DNA of 64,000 nucleotides, from NCBI GenBank assembly GCA_963674745.2, contig CAXXDV010000001.1, positions 512,001 through 576,000 on the forward strand, written 5' to 3'. A program made the translations under genes and the position numbers. Positions 41,183 to 52,075 of the stretch are shown piece by piece. The notes beneath the pieces were generated by a model, which searched no databases, had not been told where the DNA came from, and worked only from the letters and a program-made list of their open reading frames with translations. The number at the start of each line of letters is the position of its first letter. Position 1 is the first letter of the stretch. Source of the stretch: Desulfosudaceae bacterium (GTDB lineage Bacteria; Desulfobacterota; Desulfobacteria; Desulfobacterales; Desulfosudaceae).

Positions 41183-43480
41183 ATGGCTGAAAAAAAAATT
41201 GTCCGCTCGGCATGCCGTATGTGTCACGGGGTCTGCCAGGTCCTGGTTCATATGGAGGGTGACCGGATCGTTAAAATCACCGGTGACAAAGACAGTCCCA
41301 CCAGCAGGGGATATATTTGCGAAAAAGGCCGGGCCTCGGCGGAACTTCTTTATCACCCGGATCGTATTCTTACCCCCCTGCGCCGGAGCGGAAAAAGGGG
41401 GGGGAACAAATGGGAACGAATCTCCTGGGATGAGGCCTATGATTCTTTGGCAGAAAACCTGAACCGTATTCGCAGGGAAAACGGACCGGAATATTTCGGT
41501 ATGCTGCAGGGTACAGGCCGGCCCTATACCGGCTTCACCCAGCGGTTCTGTAATGCCTTCGGCACACCCAACATGACGGGGGTGGCCCATATCTGTTATA
41601 TACCCCGGGTGCTGGCCAGCATGATAACCACCGGTCACAATATCCCTGTCTGCGATATATACGGTTTCGGCGGCGCTTACCCGGAATGTCTCATCTTATG
41701 GGGCTGTAACGTCACTGAAACCGGGGCTTCTGACGGCATGTGCGGGGGTATGGTGCAGCGCGCCATAAATCGTGCCCGTCATGTAATCGTGATCGATCCG
41801 CGCCGTATCCGTCCGGCGGCAAAGGCGGATCACTGGCTGCAGATACGCCCGGGCACGGACGGTGCCCTGGCACTGGCATTTCTAAATGTCATTATTACCG
41901 AAAATCTGTTTGATAAGGAGTTTGTAACCCGCTACACCAAGGGTTTTGACAGGCTTGTTGACCATATCAGGCAATACACACCGGATTGGGCATCGGAAAT
42001 TACACGCATCCCGCCCGAAACCATTCGAATGGTAGCCCGGCTTTACGCCGGCGCTTCATCCTCGGCCATACAATGGGGCAACGCACTGGATATGAGTCAC
42101 TGCAACTTTCAGACTGCCCGGTCGGTTCTGATCCTTTCGGCGATCAGCGGCCATCTTGACGCTCCCGGAGGTGATGTCTTCTGGGTGCCGCCGGAAGGGG
42201 TCAGGCTGAAGTCTCCTTTTGCCAACCCGTTATTCGCGGGGAACCTCTTTCTGCCCTTGAACAAATACCGGCTTGGCTTAGACGGTACTGCTTTCCGGCC
42301 GGACAGGGCAAACTGGACCCTCTGGATTGAGGACCGGATGCTGGGTATGGCGGACCCAATCAGGCGGCTTTTCCTTTCCAGGATTGAAAGGCTGGTTGCC
42401 GACAAACCACTCGGCCCGGCGATCGAACTGATGAACCGGTTGAGACGGCCCCGTTTTCCGTTTACCCATATCATCCATCCGCCTGCATTCTGGCGTTCCA
42501 TCGTCAGCGGAAACCCCTATCGGCTCAAAGGCCTCTGGATTATGGGGTCCAACCCCCTGATTACCATGACCCATTCCGAAGATATCGAAAAAAGTCTGAA
42601 ACTGCTGAAGTACATTGTTGTTTCCGATTTTTTCATGACACCCACCGCCCAATACGCGGACCTGTTTCTGCCGTCTTCGACCTGGCTGGAACGTGAGGAT
42701 GTGGTCAATATGCATAAAAACTGGTGCGTGACCGCCCAAGTGCCGGTAACACGGGTCGGGGACACCAAAGACGATCGCGAGGTAATAATCCAGGTCGCGC
42801 GACGGCTGGGGTTGACCCGGGCTTTCCCCTGGGATAACTATCGTAGATTTCTGGATTGGATGCTGGCGGATGCCGGGATGAATTTTGAGCAGTTCAGTGA
42901 AACAGGCATCCTTACCGGGGACATGCGATACTGGAAGTATAAGGATGATGGATTCCCTACGCCTTCTGGTAAGTTTGAAATATACTCGAGAATGCTTAAA
43001 AGGCAGGGCGTTTCTCCGCTACCGGTGTATCGGGAACCGCCACACTCTCCGCAGGCATCGCCGGAGGTGGCGTCAGATTATCCCTTTATCCTGATCGGCG
43101 GTACCAAAAACCGGTATTTCTTTCACAGTGAAGGACGCCAGATAAAATCCTTGAGAAAACGCAACCCTGACCCGCTTCTGGAAATACACCCCAAGACGGC
43201 TACAAAACTCGATATAGCAGATGGCGACTGGGTCTGGGTTGAAACACCGCGCGGTCGTATTAAAATGAAGGCCCTGCTGACGGAAAAACTGGCCGAGGAT
43301 GTTGTTTGCGCGCAGTATGGATGGTGGTTTCCGGAAACCGCATCGCCGGATTACAACTGGCAACGATCAAATGTAAACCGGTTGTTCGGAGAGACACAGT
43401 TTGATCCGGACACAGGCTCTGAATGCCTGAAAAGCGCCCTGTGCAAGGTTTATCCGGCCAGCCCGGACGGTTCTGATTGA
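41183..43480 (+). CDS. molybdopterin (bis-MGD) oxidoreductase catalytic subunit
   Basis: CRMCHGVC...CEKG Fe4S4 site, IDPR, RPGTD, GSNP, ADLFLP, C-terminal dinucleotide-binding domain; no Tat signal. Confidence 0.93.
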   Translation: MAEKKIVRSACRMCHGVCQVLVHMEGDRIVKITGDKDSPTSRGYICEKGRASAELLYHPDRILTPLRRSGKRGGNKWERISWDEAYDSLAENLNRIRRENGPEYFGMLQGTGRPYTGFTQRFCNAFGTPNMTGVAHICYIPRVLASMITTGHNIPVCDIYGFGGAYPECLILWGCNVTETGASDGMCGGMVQRAINRARHVIVIDPRRIRPAAKADHWLQIRPGTDGALALAFLNVIITENLFDKEFVTRYTKGFDRLVDHIRQYTPDWASEITRIPPETIRMVARLYAGASSSAIQWGNALDMSHCNFQTARSVLILSAISGHLDAPGGDVFWVPPEGVRLKSPFANPLFAGNLFLPLNKYRLGLDGTAFRPDRANWTLWIEDRMLGMADPIRRLFLSRIERLVADKPLGPAIELMNRLRRPRFPFTHIIHPPAFWRSIVSGNPYRLKGLWIMGSNPLITMTHSEDIEKSLKLLKYIVVSDFFMTPTAQYADLFLPSSTWLEREDVVNMHKNWCVTAQVPVTRVGDTKDDREVIIQVARRLGLTRAFPWDNYRRFLDWMLADAGMNFEQFSETGILTGDMRYWKYKDDGFPTPSGKFEIYSRMLKRQGVSPLPVYREPPHSPQASPEVASDYPFILIGGTKNRYFFHSEGRQIKSLRKRNPDPLLEIHPKTATKLDIADGDWVWVETPRGRIKMKALLTEKLAEDVVCAQYGWWFPETASPDYNWQRSNVNRLFGETQFDPDTGSECLKSALCKVYPASPDGSD

Positions 43481-43517
43481 GTCCGAATTGTTCGATACCG
43501 ACAGAAACGGGTTAAAG

Positions 43518-43796
43518 ATGCGATTTGATTATCATAGCCACAGGCACATGCAAACAAAGTTCATTGTTTTGCATCCTGAAAAATGTGAAGCCTGCGGAGA
43601 ATGTATCAAGGCTTGCCCGAATAATGTGATTGGCATGGTGGATATAAAAGTTCATAAACACGCGCATATTGATAACCCTGATTTATGCAAGGGATGCAGG
43701 AAATGCATCAAAGCCTGTCCAGATGGCGCCTTGACTGCGAAATTACAAAAGGGAAAAAGACGAAGCCCGAAATCAAGACAGAATCTCCATCATTGA
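43518..43796 (+). CDS. 2x[4Fe-4S] ferredoxin
   Basis: CEACGECIKACP, CKGCRKCIKACP. Confidence 0.85.
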   Translation: MRFDYHSHRHMQTKFIVLHPEKCEACGECIKACPNNVIGMVDIKVHKHAHIDNPDLCKGCRKCIKACPDGALTAKLQKGKRRSPKSRQNLHH

Positions 43797-44031
43797 AAAA
43801 CAGGCCTTACCGTGTATATCCGGTTTTCCACAGCCCATCCTGAATGAATCGGATTTGTTTGATACAGAAATTTCATAAAAACACATGAAATAACACGTAA
43901 AGGACAATATCCGAGTCCATGATATATATCTGCTGAACATTGTTTTAGGTCCAATTATCACCCCCCCCATAATTTAAATATCTTAAATAACAATAATTTA
44001 TACAAAAATAAACCGCGCTAACATTTTTTTG

Positions 44032-44087
44032 TTGACATCTATTTCCGGCATGATACTATATAATACAAAACAGTATAGTTCAGTATT
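44032..44087 (+). promoter_or_regulatory. promoter with operator shared with 41078-41103
   Basis: TTGACA at 44032; aatacaaaac-agtata-gttcagtatt (44062-44087). Confidence 0.55.
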
Positions 44088-44110
44088 AAATAAAAAATTT
44101 CAAGGAGGTA

Positions 44111-45295
44111 ATGATGAGCAGAGGCAAAATAGCAATTGTCGGAATCGGAGAGGTGCCCACCCGGATCATGCCGGAACGTACCCGGTGGGACATTCTTTAT
44201 GATGTCTGCATGCAGGCGGTACGGGACTCCGGCCTGGACAAGAATGACATCGAGGCGGTCATCAATGTTGCGCCGCAGGCGCAGCCCAAACTGGCTGCAG
44301 AACTGTCCTTCGGTAAACTGCCGGAAGAACTCGGCTTGAAGGGGTGCCGGGATACCAGTGTCTGCAATGCGGGCGGCGCCAGCACCAGCAACTGCATCCG
44401 GCTGGCCGAGCAGTATATCAATACCGGCGTGGCCAAAGCCGTATTAATTCCCCACGTAACCGTTCATTCCACCATTCCTATAGAAGATCAGATCAATTTT
44501 TTTGCCAAAGCCGGGGTGGACATGCAATGGGAGTATCCCTTCGGCACCACCTACAACATTCTCATGGGCATGATGGCCAACCGTTACATGCATGAAACCG
44601 GGGCTAAACCGGAAGACATGGCCTCTGTCGTCACCGCTTTGCGCAGCTGGGCGTCCAGGGATCCCAACTCCTTTTTTTATCAGAAAAAGGTCCCCACGCC
44701 GGAAATGGTGTTGGAATCCTCTTTATTGAATACGCCGCTTCACAAAAGAGAGAGCAACATTCTCTGCGACGGCGGCAGCGCCATGGTGATTGTTTCCGCT
44801 GAAGACGCGGCAACAATGAACAAGCCTGTGGCCTGCAAGATGGGCGAATCGGTTCGGTACTTCAGCGGCACACCGGTGCTGCGTGATTTTCACAAGGTGG
44901 CCGAGGGACTGATGATGACCGGCCTGGAAGCCCTGGAGGAAGCGGGTGTAACCAAGGATGACATTGACCTCTGGAATATCTACATGGCCTATCCCATGAA
45001 TCATCCCATCATGGCCGAGGCGCTGGGGGTGGCCCCCATAGGAGAAGGAGCCAAGTATTTCGCGGAAGGCAGAATGTCGTTCGGCGGCGATATACCCTGG
45101 TCCACCATCGGTGACGCCCCGGGGCGGGGCCACACCGGCTCCGGCGTCAGCACGGCCATGTACGTGGAAACTGCCAGGCAGCTGATGGGCAAGGCGGGAG
45201 AAAGACAGGTCAAGGACTGCCGTTACGTATTTCAGAACACCGCCGGCGGTTCAGGCTTTAACAATATCGCAACCGTTTGGGGAAAGGAGATATAA
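44111..45295 (+). CDS. SCP-x-type thiolase-fold protein (Ltp2-like)
   Basis: AIVGIGE, CDGGSA, GRGH, QLMGKAGERQV; NAGGAS lacks the nucleophilic Cys. Confidence 0.88.
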   Translation: MMSRGKIAIVGIGEVPTRIMPERTRWDILYDVCMQAVRDSGLDKNDIEAVINVAPQAQPKLAAELSFGKLPEELGLKGCRDTSVCNAGGASTSNCIRLAEQYINTGVAKAVLIPHVTVHSTIPIEDQINFFAKAGVDMQWEYPFGTTYNILMGMMANRYMHETGAKPEDMASVVTALRSWASRDPNSFFYQKKVPTPEMVLESSLLNTPLHKRESNILCDGGSAMVIVSAEDAATMNKPVACKMGESVRYFSGTPVLRDFHKVAEGLMMTGLEALEEAGVTKDDIDLWNIYMAYPMNHPIMAEALGVAPIGEGAKYFAEGRMSFGGDIPWSTIGDAPGRGHTGSGVSTAMYVETARQLMGKAGERQVKDCRYVFQNTAGGSGFNNIATVWGKEI

Positions 45296-45297
45296 TT

Positions 45298-45720
45298 ATG
45301 GATATTCAATTTGATATGACCCGGCCGCTGCCTGAGACACAACCCTGGTCTGAAAAATTCTGGGAAGGCGCCAGAGAAGGCAAGTTGCTTGTCCAGCACT
45401 GTAAGGACTGTAACGTCAACATATTTTATCCGCGGAAAGTCTGCCCGGACTGCTGGTCGGAAAACCTGGACTGGATCGAGTCCAGCGGTAAAGCCAGGGT
45501 GTACATGTTTTCAACCGCTTACGACATGGTGGAACCCAAGTTCATGGAAGACCTGCCCTACACGGTGGCGTACGTCGACCTGGAAGAAGGGGTCCGCATG
45601 ATGACCCGCATTGTGGAATGTGACCCGGAAGACATCCATATCGACATGGATATGGAAGTGGTTTTCCACAAATTGAACGACGATTATTATCTGCCGTATT
45701 TCAAACCGGTCAATAAATAA
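45298..45720 (+). CDS. DUF35 Zn-ribbon/OB-fold protein
   Basis: FWEG..GKL.VQHCKDC..YPR..CPDC; PY.VAYVDLEEG. Confidence 0.92.
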   Translation: MDIQFDMTRPLPETQPWSEKFWEGAREGKLLVQHCKDCNVNIFYPRKVCPDCWSENLDWIESSGKARVYMFSTAYDMVEPKFMEDLPYTVAYVDLEEGVRMMTRIVECDPEDIHIDMDMEVVFHKLNDDYYLPYFKPVNK

Positions 45721-45730
45721 GGAGACCGTT

Positions 45731-46555
45731 ATGGGTGCTTATAAAACCATTCTATATGAAGTCGCCGGTCCGGTCTGCAGGATCACCATGAACCGTCCGG
45801 ACAAGCGCAACGCCATTGACCGCCAGATGGCTGAAGAGCTCCTGGATGCGTTCCGCCGGGTGAGAGACATCCCGGAGGTCGGCGTTGTCGTGTTTGGCGG
45901 CGCCGGTAAATCCTTTTGTACCGGCGGCGATCTTTCCATCTTTCCCTCTCTTTCCGAACATGCCAATTCCCTGAACTGGCTGGCCCATGACGGCCTGGAC
46001 ATCCAGCGCGCCATCACCAGCTGCGAGAAAGTCGTGGTCGGTAAGATCAGCGGACATTGCCTGGCCGGCGGCCTGGAACTGGCCCTGGCCTGTGACCTGC
46101 TTTATGCCAGTGCTTCCGCAAAAATCGGCACCACGGAAATCAACATGGGCATTCTTCCCGGATGGGGCGGCACCGCCAGGATCGTCAGGAGCCTGCCCGT
46201 TTTCAGGGCCAGGGAAATTATATACAGCGGCCGGAAAGACTACACCGCCGGTGAGATGTACGAGATGGGTCTGCTGACAAGGGTTTTCCCGGATGATGAG
46301 TTTGAGGACAAGTTCGAGCAGGTCGTTGCCAACCTCAGCATGAAAAAACCCGTCGCGCTGCGCATGGCCAAAGAGGTCATGGCCAAATCCGAAGAGTGCG
46401 GCAGCCTGGAGACAGCCCTGGCCATGGAACGGAATGCCATCCAGTGGCTGATCTATTCGCCTGATATCCAGCAGATCATGGACGGTTTTCGGCAGGACCC
46501 GGATCAGTTGACAAAAATCCAGAAGCAGATGAACAAGGCCACGGATATCAAATAA
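45731..46555 (+). CDS. enoyl-CoA hydratase/isomerase
   Basis: FCTGGD, AGGLELALACD, EINMGILPGWGG. Confidence 0.92.
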   Translation: MGAYKTILYEVAGPVCRITMNRPDKRNAIDRQMAEELLDAFRRVRDIPEVGVVVFGGAGKSFCTGGDLSIFPSLSEHANSLNWLAHDGLDIQRAITSCEKVVVGKISGHCLAGGLELALACDLLYASASAKIGTTEINMGILPGWGGTARIVRSLPVFRAREIIYSGRKDYTAGEMYEMGLLTRVFPDDEFEDKFEQVVANLSMKKPVALRMAKEVMAKSEECGSLETALAMERNAIQWLIYSPDIQQIMDGFRQDPDQLTKIQKQMNKATDIK

Positions 46556-46568
46556 CAGGAGTAAAAAC

Positions 46569-47747
46569 ATGGATTTTGGATTTACAAAAGAGCAGGAGAT
46601 GATTCGAAAGGAAGCCACCCGGTTCTGCAAAAAAGAGCTTAACAAAGAATATGTCGGATGGATGGACGAAAATGTCGATTTCCCGCCGGACGAACTCTGG
46701 GCCAAATTCGTTGACCTGGGCGTTTTCAAAGCGAACCTGCCAAAAGAATACGGCGGAGATCAAATCGGTATGGTCGATGGCATGATCCTCTATGAGCAAT
46801 TGTGCAAGGCGTCCATGTCAGTGGCGCTGGCGCTGGGTACGACCATTGGTTTCGGCACCCGCTTTATTGCCGAACTGGGCACCAAAGCGCAGAAAGATGA
46901 GTACCTCCCGCTGATCGGCGAAGGACAGCTGAAAACCTGCATGGCTTTGACCGAACCGGCCGGCGGAACCGATATCCTGGGCGCCCTGTCAACCACCGCA
47001 GAAGAAAAAGAAGGCCGGTGGGTGTTAAACGGTGAAAAGGTCTTTATCACCGGCGCTCATGCGTCAGACTACATGATCACCATCTGCCGCACGGAAAAGG
47101 ACGCCAAACCGAGCGAATCGCTGTCCACGTTTATGGTCCCGGCCAATTCAAAAGGGATCACCATCAGCCGTATTCCCAAGATAAGCTGCCACCACTGTGA
47201 TTCCGTGGGCATTACTTTCAGTAACGTGGAAATTCCCAGGGAAAACATCCTGGGAACCCGCGGCAACGCCTGGTACGAGATGCTGGCGATTATCAACCCG
47301 GAACGTATCGGGTGCGCCATGATGGGCGTCGGCCTGATCGCGGCTGCCTATGAAGACGCGTTTGAATACGTGAAGCAGCGGCATGCTTTTGGCGGCCCCA
47401 TCGGCCGGTTTCAGATCCTCCAGCACTACCTGGCGGACATATACGTCAACCTGGAAAACTCCCGGAACCTGACCTACAAGGCCGCCTGGCTTTGCGACAG
47501 CGGCCGGGACTATCACATGGAGGCGACCATGGCCAAGCTGGTGGCTTCCGAAGGGGCGCTCCATGCCGGGCGTTACGGCGCCGAGATCCTGGGCGGCTAC
47601 GGCATCTGCAGCGAATACCCCATGCAGCGCTATTTGAGAGATGCCTATCAGCTCCAGTTTTCCCCCATCTCCAACGAGATGAGCAAGAACATGATGATGC
47701 AGTTTCAGGGATTGCCCAAGTCATGGTCGGGAAGAGGAGCATTATAA
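46569..47747 (+). CDS. acyl-CoA dehydrogenase
   Basis: ALTEPAGGTD, NGEKVFIT, RHAFGGPIGRFQ, LGGYG. Confidence 0.93.
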   Translation: MDFGFTKEQEMIRKEATRFCKKELNKEYVGWMDENVDFPPDELWAKFVDLGVFKANLPKEYGGDQIGMVDGMILYEQLCKASMSVALALGTTIGFGTRFIAELGTKAQKDEYLPLIGEGQLKTCMALTEPAGGTDILGALSTTAEEKEGRWVLNGEKVFITGAHASDYMITICRTEKDAKPSESLSTFMVPANSKGITISRIPKISCHHCDSVGITFSNVEIPRENILGTRGNAWYEMLAIINPERIGCAMMGVGLIAAAYEDAFEYVKQRHAFGGPIGRFQILQHYLADIYVNLENSRNLTYKAAWLCDSGRDYHMEATMAKLVASEGALHAGRYGAEILGGYGICSEYPMQRYLRDAYQLQFSPISNEMSKNMMMQFQGLPKSWSGRGAL

Positions 47748-47780
47748 CGGACAAACCTCGGTAATGGAGGAAACCACGAA

Positions 47781-49364
47781 ATGTATAGACTCGGTGATAT
47801 TCCTTATTATGGCGCTGTTCATTTTTCAGACCGGGAAGCACTCGTTTTTGAAGGAGCGCGGCTGACTTATAAAGAGCTGAATGCCAGGGTAAACCGGCTG
47901 GCCAATGCACTGGTTGGCCTGGGCTGCAAAAAAGGCGATCATCTGGCTGTTCTGGCCGACAACTGCACAAAATATATGGAGATATACTTTGCCGCCGCCA
48001 AAATCGGTATAGCCGTCTGTCCCCAGAACTACCGCCTGTCCGACCAGGAACTGGAATATGTCATCAATCACGGTGAAGCGACAATTTTTATTGTCGGTGA
48101 CGGGTTTGAAGAAAAAACCCTGCAGCTGAAAAACAACCTGTCCCTGATCAGCACCTGGATCTCCCTGGATAACAGGCTGGAAGGGTTCCTGGATTACGAG
48201 GATCTGCTGCAGAACGCTTCCGAAGAAGAGCCCGATCCCGAACGGCATGATGTCAGGGAAAGCGATCTGGCCGTCCTGATGTACACCGGGGGGACAACCG
48301 GCCTGCCCAAGGGCGTCATGCTTTCCCACCGGAACATGATGACGGCCGCCATCACCAATGCCATGATCATTGCCACGGAATTCCCGTCCCTGGAACCGGG
48401 CACCCCTTTTTCCACCTGTTACGTGCTGCCGGTTTTTCATGTTTCTCTGTGGCCTGTCACGGCGGCGTTGATGGTGGGCGGCAAGGTCGTCATTAATCGA
48501 AAAATGGATCTGGGTGAAATTTTACGATTAATCCAGGATGAAAAATGCGCCCATATGAACCTGGTCCCCACGATTTACGGCTGGCTGATTGATTTCGCGG
48601 ACACGGATAAATTCGACCTGTCCAGCCTGATCTCACTTTCCTACGCGGGCAGCCCGTTTCCGCCGGAAGTCCTTAAAAAATGCATCAGGAAGTTCGGCAA
48701 TATTTTCTCCCAGGGTTACGGCGCCACGGAAACCGCCGGCGCGCCGATTACCGTATTCAGTTACCAGGAGCATGCCCTTGAAGGGCCGGAATCCAGGCGC
48801 CTGACCAGCGCCGGCAGAATCGCACCCTGTTCCAGAATAAAAATCGTGAACGAAACAGATCACCAGCTTGCAAACGGTGAGTGGGGAGAAATCTGCGTCA
48901 AGGGCGAACACATCATGACCGGGTACTGGAAAAATCCCGAAGCAACCGAAAGGGCCTTGAAAGACGGATGGTACCACACCGGTGATATGGGTTTTATGGA
49001 TGACGACGGATATGTCTTCATGACCGACCGCAAGACGGACATGATTATATCGGGCGGGGAAAATGTTTACCCCAAGGAAACAGAGGATGTCCTCTATGAA
49101 CACCCGGCGGTTGCCGAGTGCGCGGTTGTTTCCGCCCCTGATCCCAAATGGGGTGAAACCGTAGCAGCCGTCATCGTTCGTAAACCCGGTGAAAATATTT
49201 CCGGAAAGGAAATTATCGATTTCTGCAAAAAGCGGCTGGCAGGATATAAGTGCCCCAGAATTGTTGAATTCCGGGATGATTTACCCAAATCCATTATCGG
49301 GAAAATATTAAAAAAGGATATCAAGAAACAATTCTGGGAAGGAAAAGAGCGGAAGATCGGATAA
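47781..49364 (+). CDS. acyl-CoA synthetase
   Basis: YTGGTTGLPKG, QGYGATE, TGD, ISGGENVYP. Confidence 0.94.
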   Translation: MYRLGDIPYYGAVHFSDREALVFEGARLTYKELNARVNRLANALVGLGCKKGDHLAVLADNCTKYMEIYFAAAKIGIAVCPQNYRLSDQELEYVINHGEATIFIVGDGFEEKTLQLKNNLSLISTWISLDNRLEGFLDYEDLLQNASEEEPDPERHDVRESDLAVLMYTGGTTGLPKGVMLSHRNMMTAAITNAMIIATEFPSLEPGTPFSTCYVLPVFHVSLWPVTAALMVGGKVVINRKMDLGEILRLIQDEKCAHMNLVPTIYGWLIDFADTDKFDLSSLISLSYAGSPFPPEVLKKCIRKFGNIFSQGYGATETAGAPITVFSYQEHALEGPESRRLTSAGRIAPCSRIKIVNETDHQLANGEWGEICVKGEHIMTGYWKNPEATERALKDGWYHTGDMGFMDDDGYVFMTDRKTDMIISGGENVYPKETEDVLYEHPAVAECAVVSAPDPKWGETVAAVIVRKPGENISGKEIIDFCKKRLAGYKCPRIVEFRDDLPKSIIGKILKKDIKKQFWEGKERKIG

Positions 49365-49405
49365 AACGAAAGGCCATCCAACATTTTCACACAAGGAGAC
49401 AGCAC

Positions 49406-50431
49406 ATGAGTCAAGCGTTTGAAAAAGACAATTATTTCAAGATAGACCCGGAAACGCATTTGATCGGTGATATTGACGCGGTTAATCACTTTCCGGGTGT
49501 TCAAATGTGGTGGAAGGCGATAGAGAGCATCAGCCGGCCCATGTTCACGGGTTGCCCGCCGCATATGGTAGCGACCTACCTGGAGGGTATGGAGGAGTGG
49601 GAGGTCGTCAAAAGCGCCGACCCGGCAAACATTATCCGGGCAATGGATAAATACGGTGTTGATATTGCCTGTCTGCTGCCGGAATCCATGATGGATACCA
49701 CCGGTTACAGCAGCCGCTGGTGTACCAACGGTGAAATGGCGAAGGTTGTGGAAACCAACCCGGACCGGTTTATGTATCAGCCCAATTTATCCCCCATAAA
49801 ATTCAAGGGAGTAAACAACACAATCTGGGAACTGGAATACTGGGTCAAAGAGAAGGGCGCCAAAATATTCAAATTCTACGCCCCGGAAGACACCTACATC
49901 AACGACCCCGACCTCTGGCCGTTTTATAAAAAAGCCGAGGAACTGGACATTGTCCTGGATATCCATACCGGTTTTTCCTGGGTGCCGCCGGGCAAGAGCA
50001 AATATGCGCTGCCGATTCTCATTGACGATGTGGCCAGGGATTTTCCAGGGCTGAAAATCAACGCTTTTCATATGGGTTATCCCTATTGTGATGATTTGAA
50101 CATGGTCTCCATGGGCCATCCCAATGTCTACGTCTGTCTCAGTCTTCTTGTACCGTGGGCTGTGACGGCACCCCGCAAATTCGCCCGGATTCTGGGGGAA
50201 GCCATGCGCTGGGTGGGACCGGACAAGATTATCTGGGGTACGGACTACGCCGGGTTCAGCGTTCAGATAAAAGGTGCGGTCCAGGGCTTGAGAGATTTCC
50301 AGATTCCGGAGGACATGCAGGAAGGATACGGCTATCCCCCGATCACGGACGACGACCGGGCCAAAATATTCGGCGGCAACCTGGGCAGGCTGCTGGGCAT
50401 TGATACCACTAAAAGACGAATCAATAATTAA
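49406..50431 (+). CDS. amidohydrolase_2 family protein
   Basis: IHTG, FHMGYP, WGTDY, IFGGN. Confidence 0.88.
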   Translation: MSQAFEKDNYFKIDPETHLIGDIDAVNHFPGVQMWWKAIESISRPMFTGCPPHMVATYLEGMEEWEVVKSADPANIIRAMDKYGVDIACLLPESMMDTTGYSSRWCTNGEMAKVVETNPDRFMYQPNLSPIKFKGVNNTIWELEYWVKEKGAKIFKFYAPEDTYINDPDLWPFYKKAEELDIVLDIHTGFSWVPPGKSKYALPILIDDVARDFPGLKINAFHMGYPYCDDLNMVSMGHPNVYVCLSLLVPWAVTAPRKFARILGEAMRWVGPDKIIWGTDYAGFSVQIKGAVQGLRDFQIPEDMQEGYGYPPITDDDRAKIFGGNLGRLLGIDTTKRRINN

Positions 50432-50469
50432 GGAAACTTTATACATTATATATTTAACAGGAGGATATT

Positions 50470-51876
50470 ATGAGTTATGACGCTTTATTTGAACCGATTC
50501 AGATCGGCGATATCGAGTTAAAAAATCGGATCGCCATGGCACCCATGAATATGGGCTATACCGGTCCCAACGGTTATCACAGCGATCAGGGTACTGCCTG
50601 GTATGCCATGAGGGCGCGGGGCGGGTTCGGTCTGATTATTACCGAGTGTGTGGTCATGAACCCCCACCGGTGGGGGGGACAGGAGTGCTTAAACCCTTCT
50701 CTGCTGATCGATGAGCGGTATTACCGCTTTCACAGCGAGCTGACAGAAATACTTCACCATTTTTCCGGCTGCAAGGTCTGCATCCAGTTAAGCCCCGGGT
50801 GGGGAAGGCAAGGGCATCCTCATGCGGAATCAAGGGACTGTCCGGCAGGGGCGCCTTCAGCCATCCCCATGGAAACGGACTTGCGCAACCTGAACAAGGG
50901 CTGGGAGACCCAGATCAGGCGGTTGGCCCGGGAAGCCGGCGGTAAGGAAATGGAAGGTATTGTCCCTGACTTTACCCAGGTAAGCCAGATGAATGAAGAA
51001 GAGTACGCCGGATTCAAGACCTGGGCCCTGGAAATGATCAAAGGTATAGCCCCTGAAATGGTTCACGTTATTTGCGGCGATACCCCCCGGGAAATGACCA
51101 TAGAAGAAATCGTCGATCTTGAAGACCGATTCGCGGTGCAGGCCCAGGCCGCTTACAAGCTGGGTTACGACGCCCTGGAAATTCACGCGCCTCACGGCTA
51201 TCTGCTGCACCAGTTTCTGTCCCCGCGTTCCAACCACCGGCACGATGCCTACGGCGGAAGCATTGAGAACAGGGCCCGGTTTCTGACCAATATCATCACC
51301 AAGACACGAGAAAAAATCGGCCCGGAAAAAGCCCTTGGCGTTCGGCTTTCCGGTGACGAATTAATGCCAGGCGGCATTGAACATGAAGAAGTCAAACAGA
51401 TCGTAGCGCTGTGCAAAGACGCCGGGGGCAATTTTCTGAATGTCTCTCAGGGTTCCTATGAAAATCCGGCAGCCGCGTTTGCACCGGACGGGGAAGACGA
51501 ATTCACCCGCTGGGCACCGGGATTCAAAGAAGCTTCGGGCGGACTGCCGGTAATTACACCGAACTTTATCAATCCTGAGACCGCTGAAAAAGCGATCACT
51601 TCCGGTAAAACAGACATTGTCTCCCTGGGGCGCCAGGCCATTGCCGATCCTTTCTGGCCGGTAAAAGTAAAAGAAGGGCGTGTTGACGATATTGTGAAAT
51701 GTGCCAGGTGTCAGCGGTGCTACATGGACTTGATGACGGCCAACTGGGCCCGCTGCTCGGTCAATCCCATTGCCGGCAAAGAAAAATATTACACGGAACT
51801 GTTTCTGGATACGCCGAAACTGGCCAAGAAAGTGGACCGGTTTAAGTCCAGAATATCAGGTCTTCCCCAGATATAA
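50470..51876 (+). CDS. NADH:flavin oxidoreductase (OYE family) with Fe-S motif
   Basis: KNRIAMAPM, EIHAPHGYLLHQFLSP, CARCQRC...CSVNP. Confidence 0.92.
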   Translation: MSYDALFEPIQIGDIELKNRIAMAPMNMGYTGPNGYHSDQGTAWYAMRARGGFGLIITECVVMNPHRWGGQECLNPSLLIDERYYRFHSELTEILHHFSGCKVCIQLSPGWGRQGHPHAESRDCPAGAPSAIPMETDLRNLNKGWETQIRRLAREAGGKEMEGIVPDFTQVSQMNEEEYAGFKTWALEMIKGIAPEMVHVICGDTPREMTIEEIVDLEDRFAVQAQAAYKLGYDALEIHAPHGYLLHQFLSPRSNHRHDAYGGSIENRARFLTNIITKTREKIGPEKALGVRLSGDELMPGGIEHEEVKQIVALCKDAGGNFLNVSQGSYENPAAAFAPDGEDEFTRWAPGFKEASGGLPVITPNFINPETAEKAITSGKTDIVSLGRQAIADPFWPVKVKEGRVDDIVKCARCQRCYMDLMTANWARCSVNPIAGKEKYYTELFLDTPKLAKKVDRFKSRISGLPQI

Positions 51877-52075
51877 TAAACGTTTGCCGAAAGCAAAACC
51901 GGAAAATGCCCGGGCCCTGAGCGAAGTCGTCGTCAGATGGGGTTATTATTAATTCCATGATAGGGATATCACATTCCTCAGGTTCAGCGGAAGAAAAGTT
52001 ATGGAGTATCGGCGGAGAAAATCAGGTCTTGCTGTATTTAGACCGTAAGGAAGATATAAGCCGATAGGAGGTGTT

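Noticed and set aside
41183..43480. Acetylene hydratase or selenoprotein
   Set aside because: The motif is CRMCHGVC, without the catalytic Asp after the second Cys, and there is no in-frame TGA
44032..44064. Classical 19-bp MerR promoter
   Set aside because: The spacer to TATAAT is 21 bp and has no clear dyad
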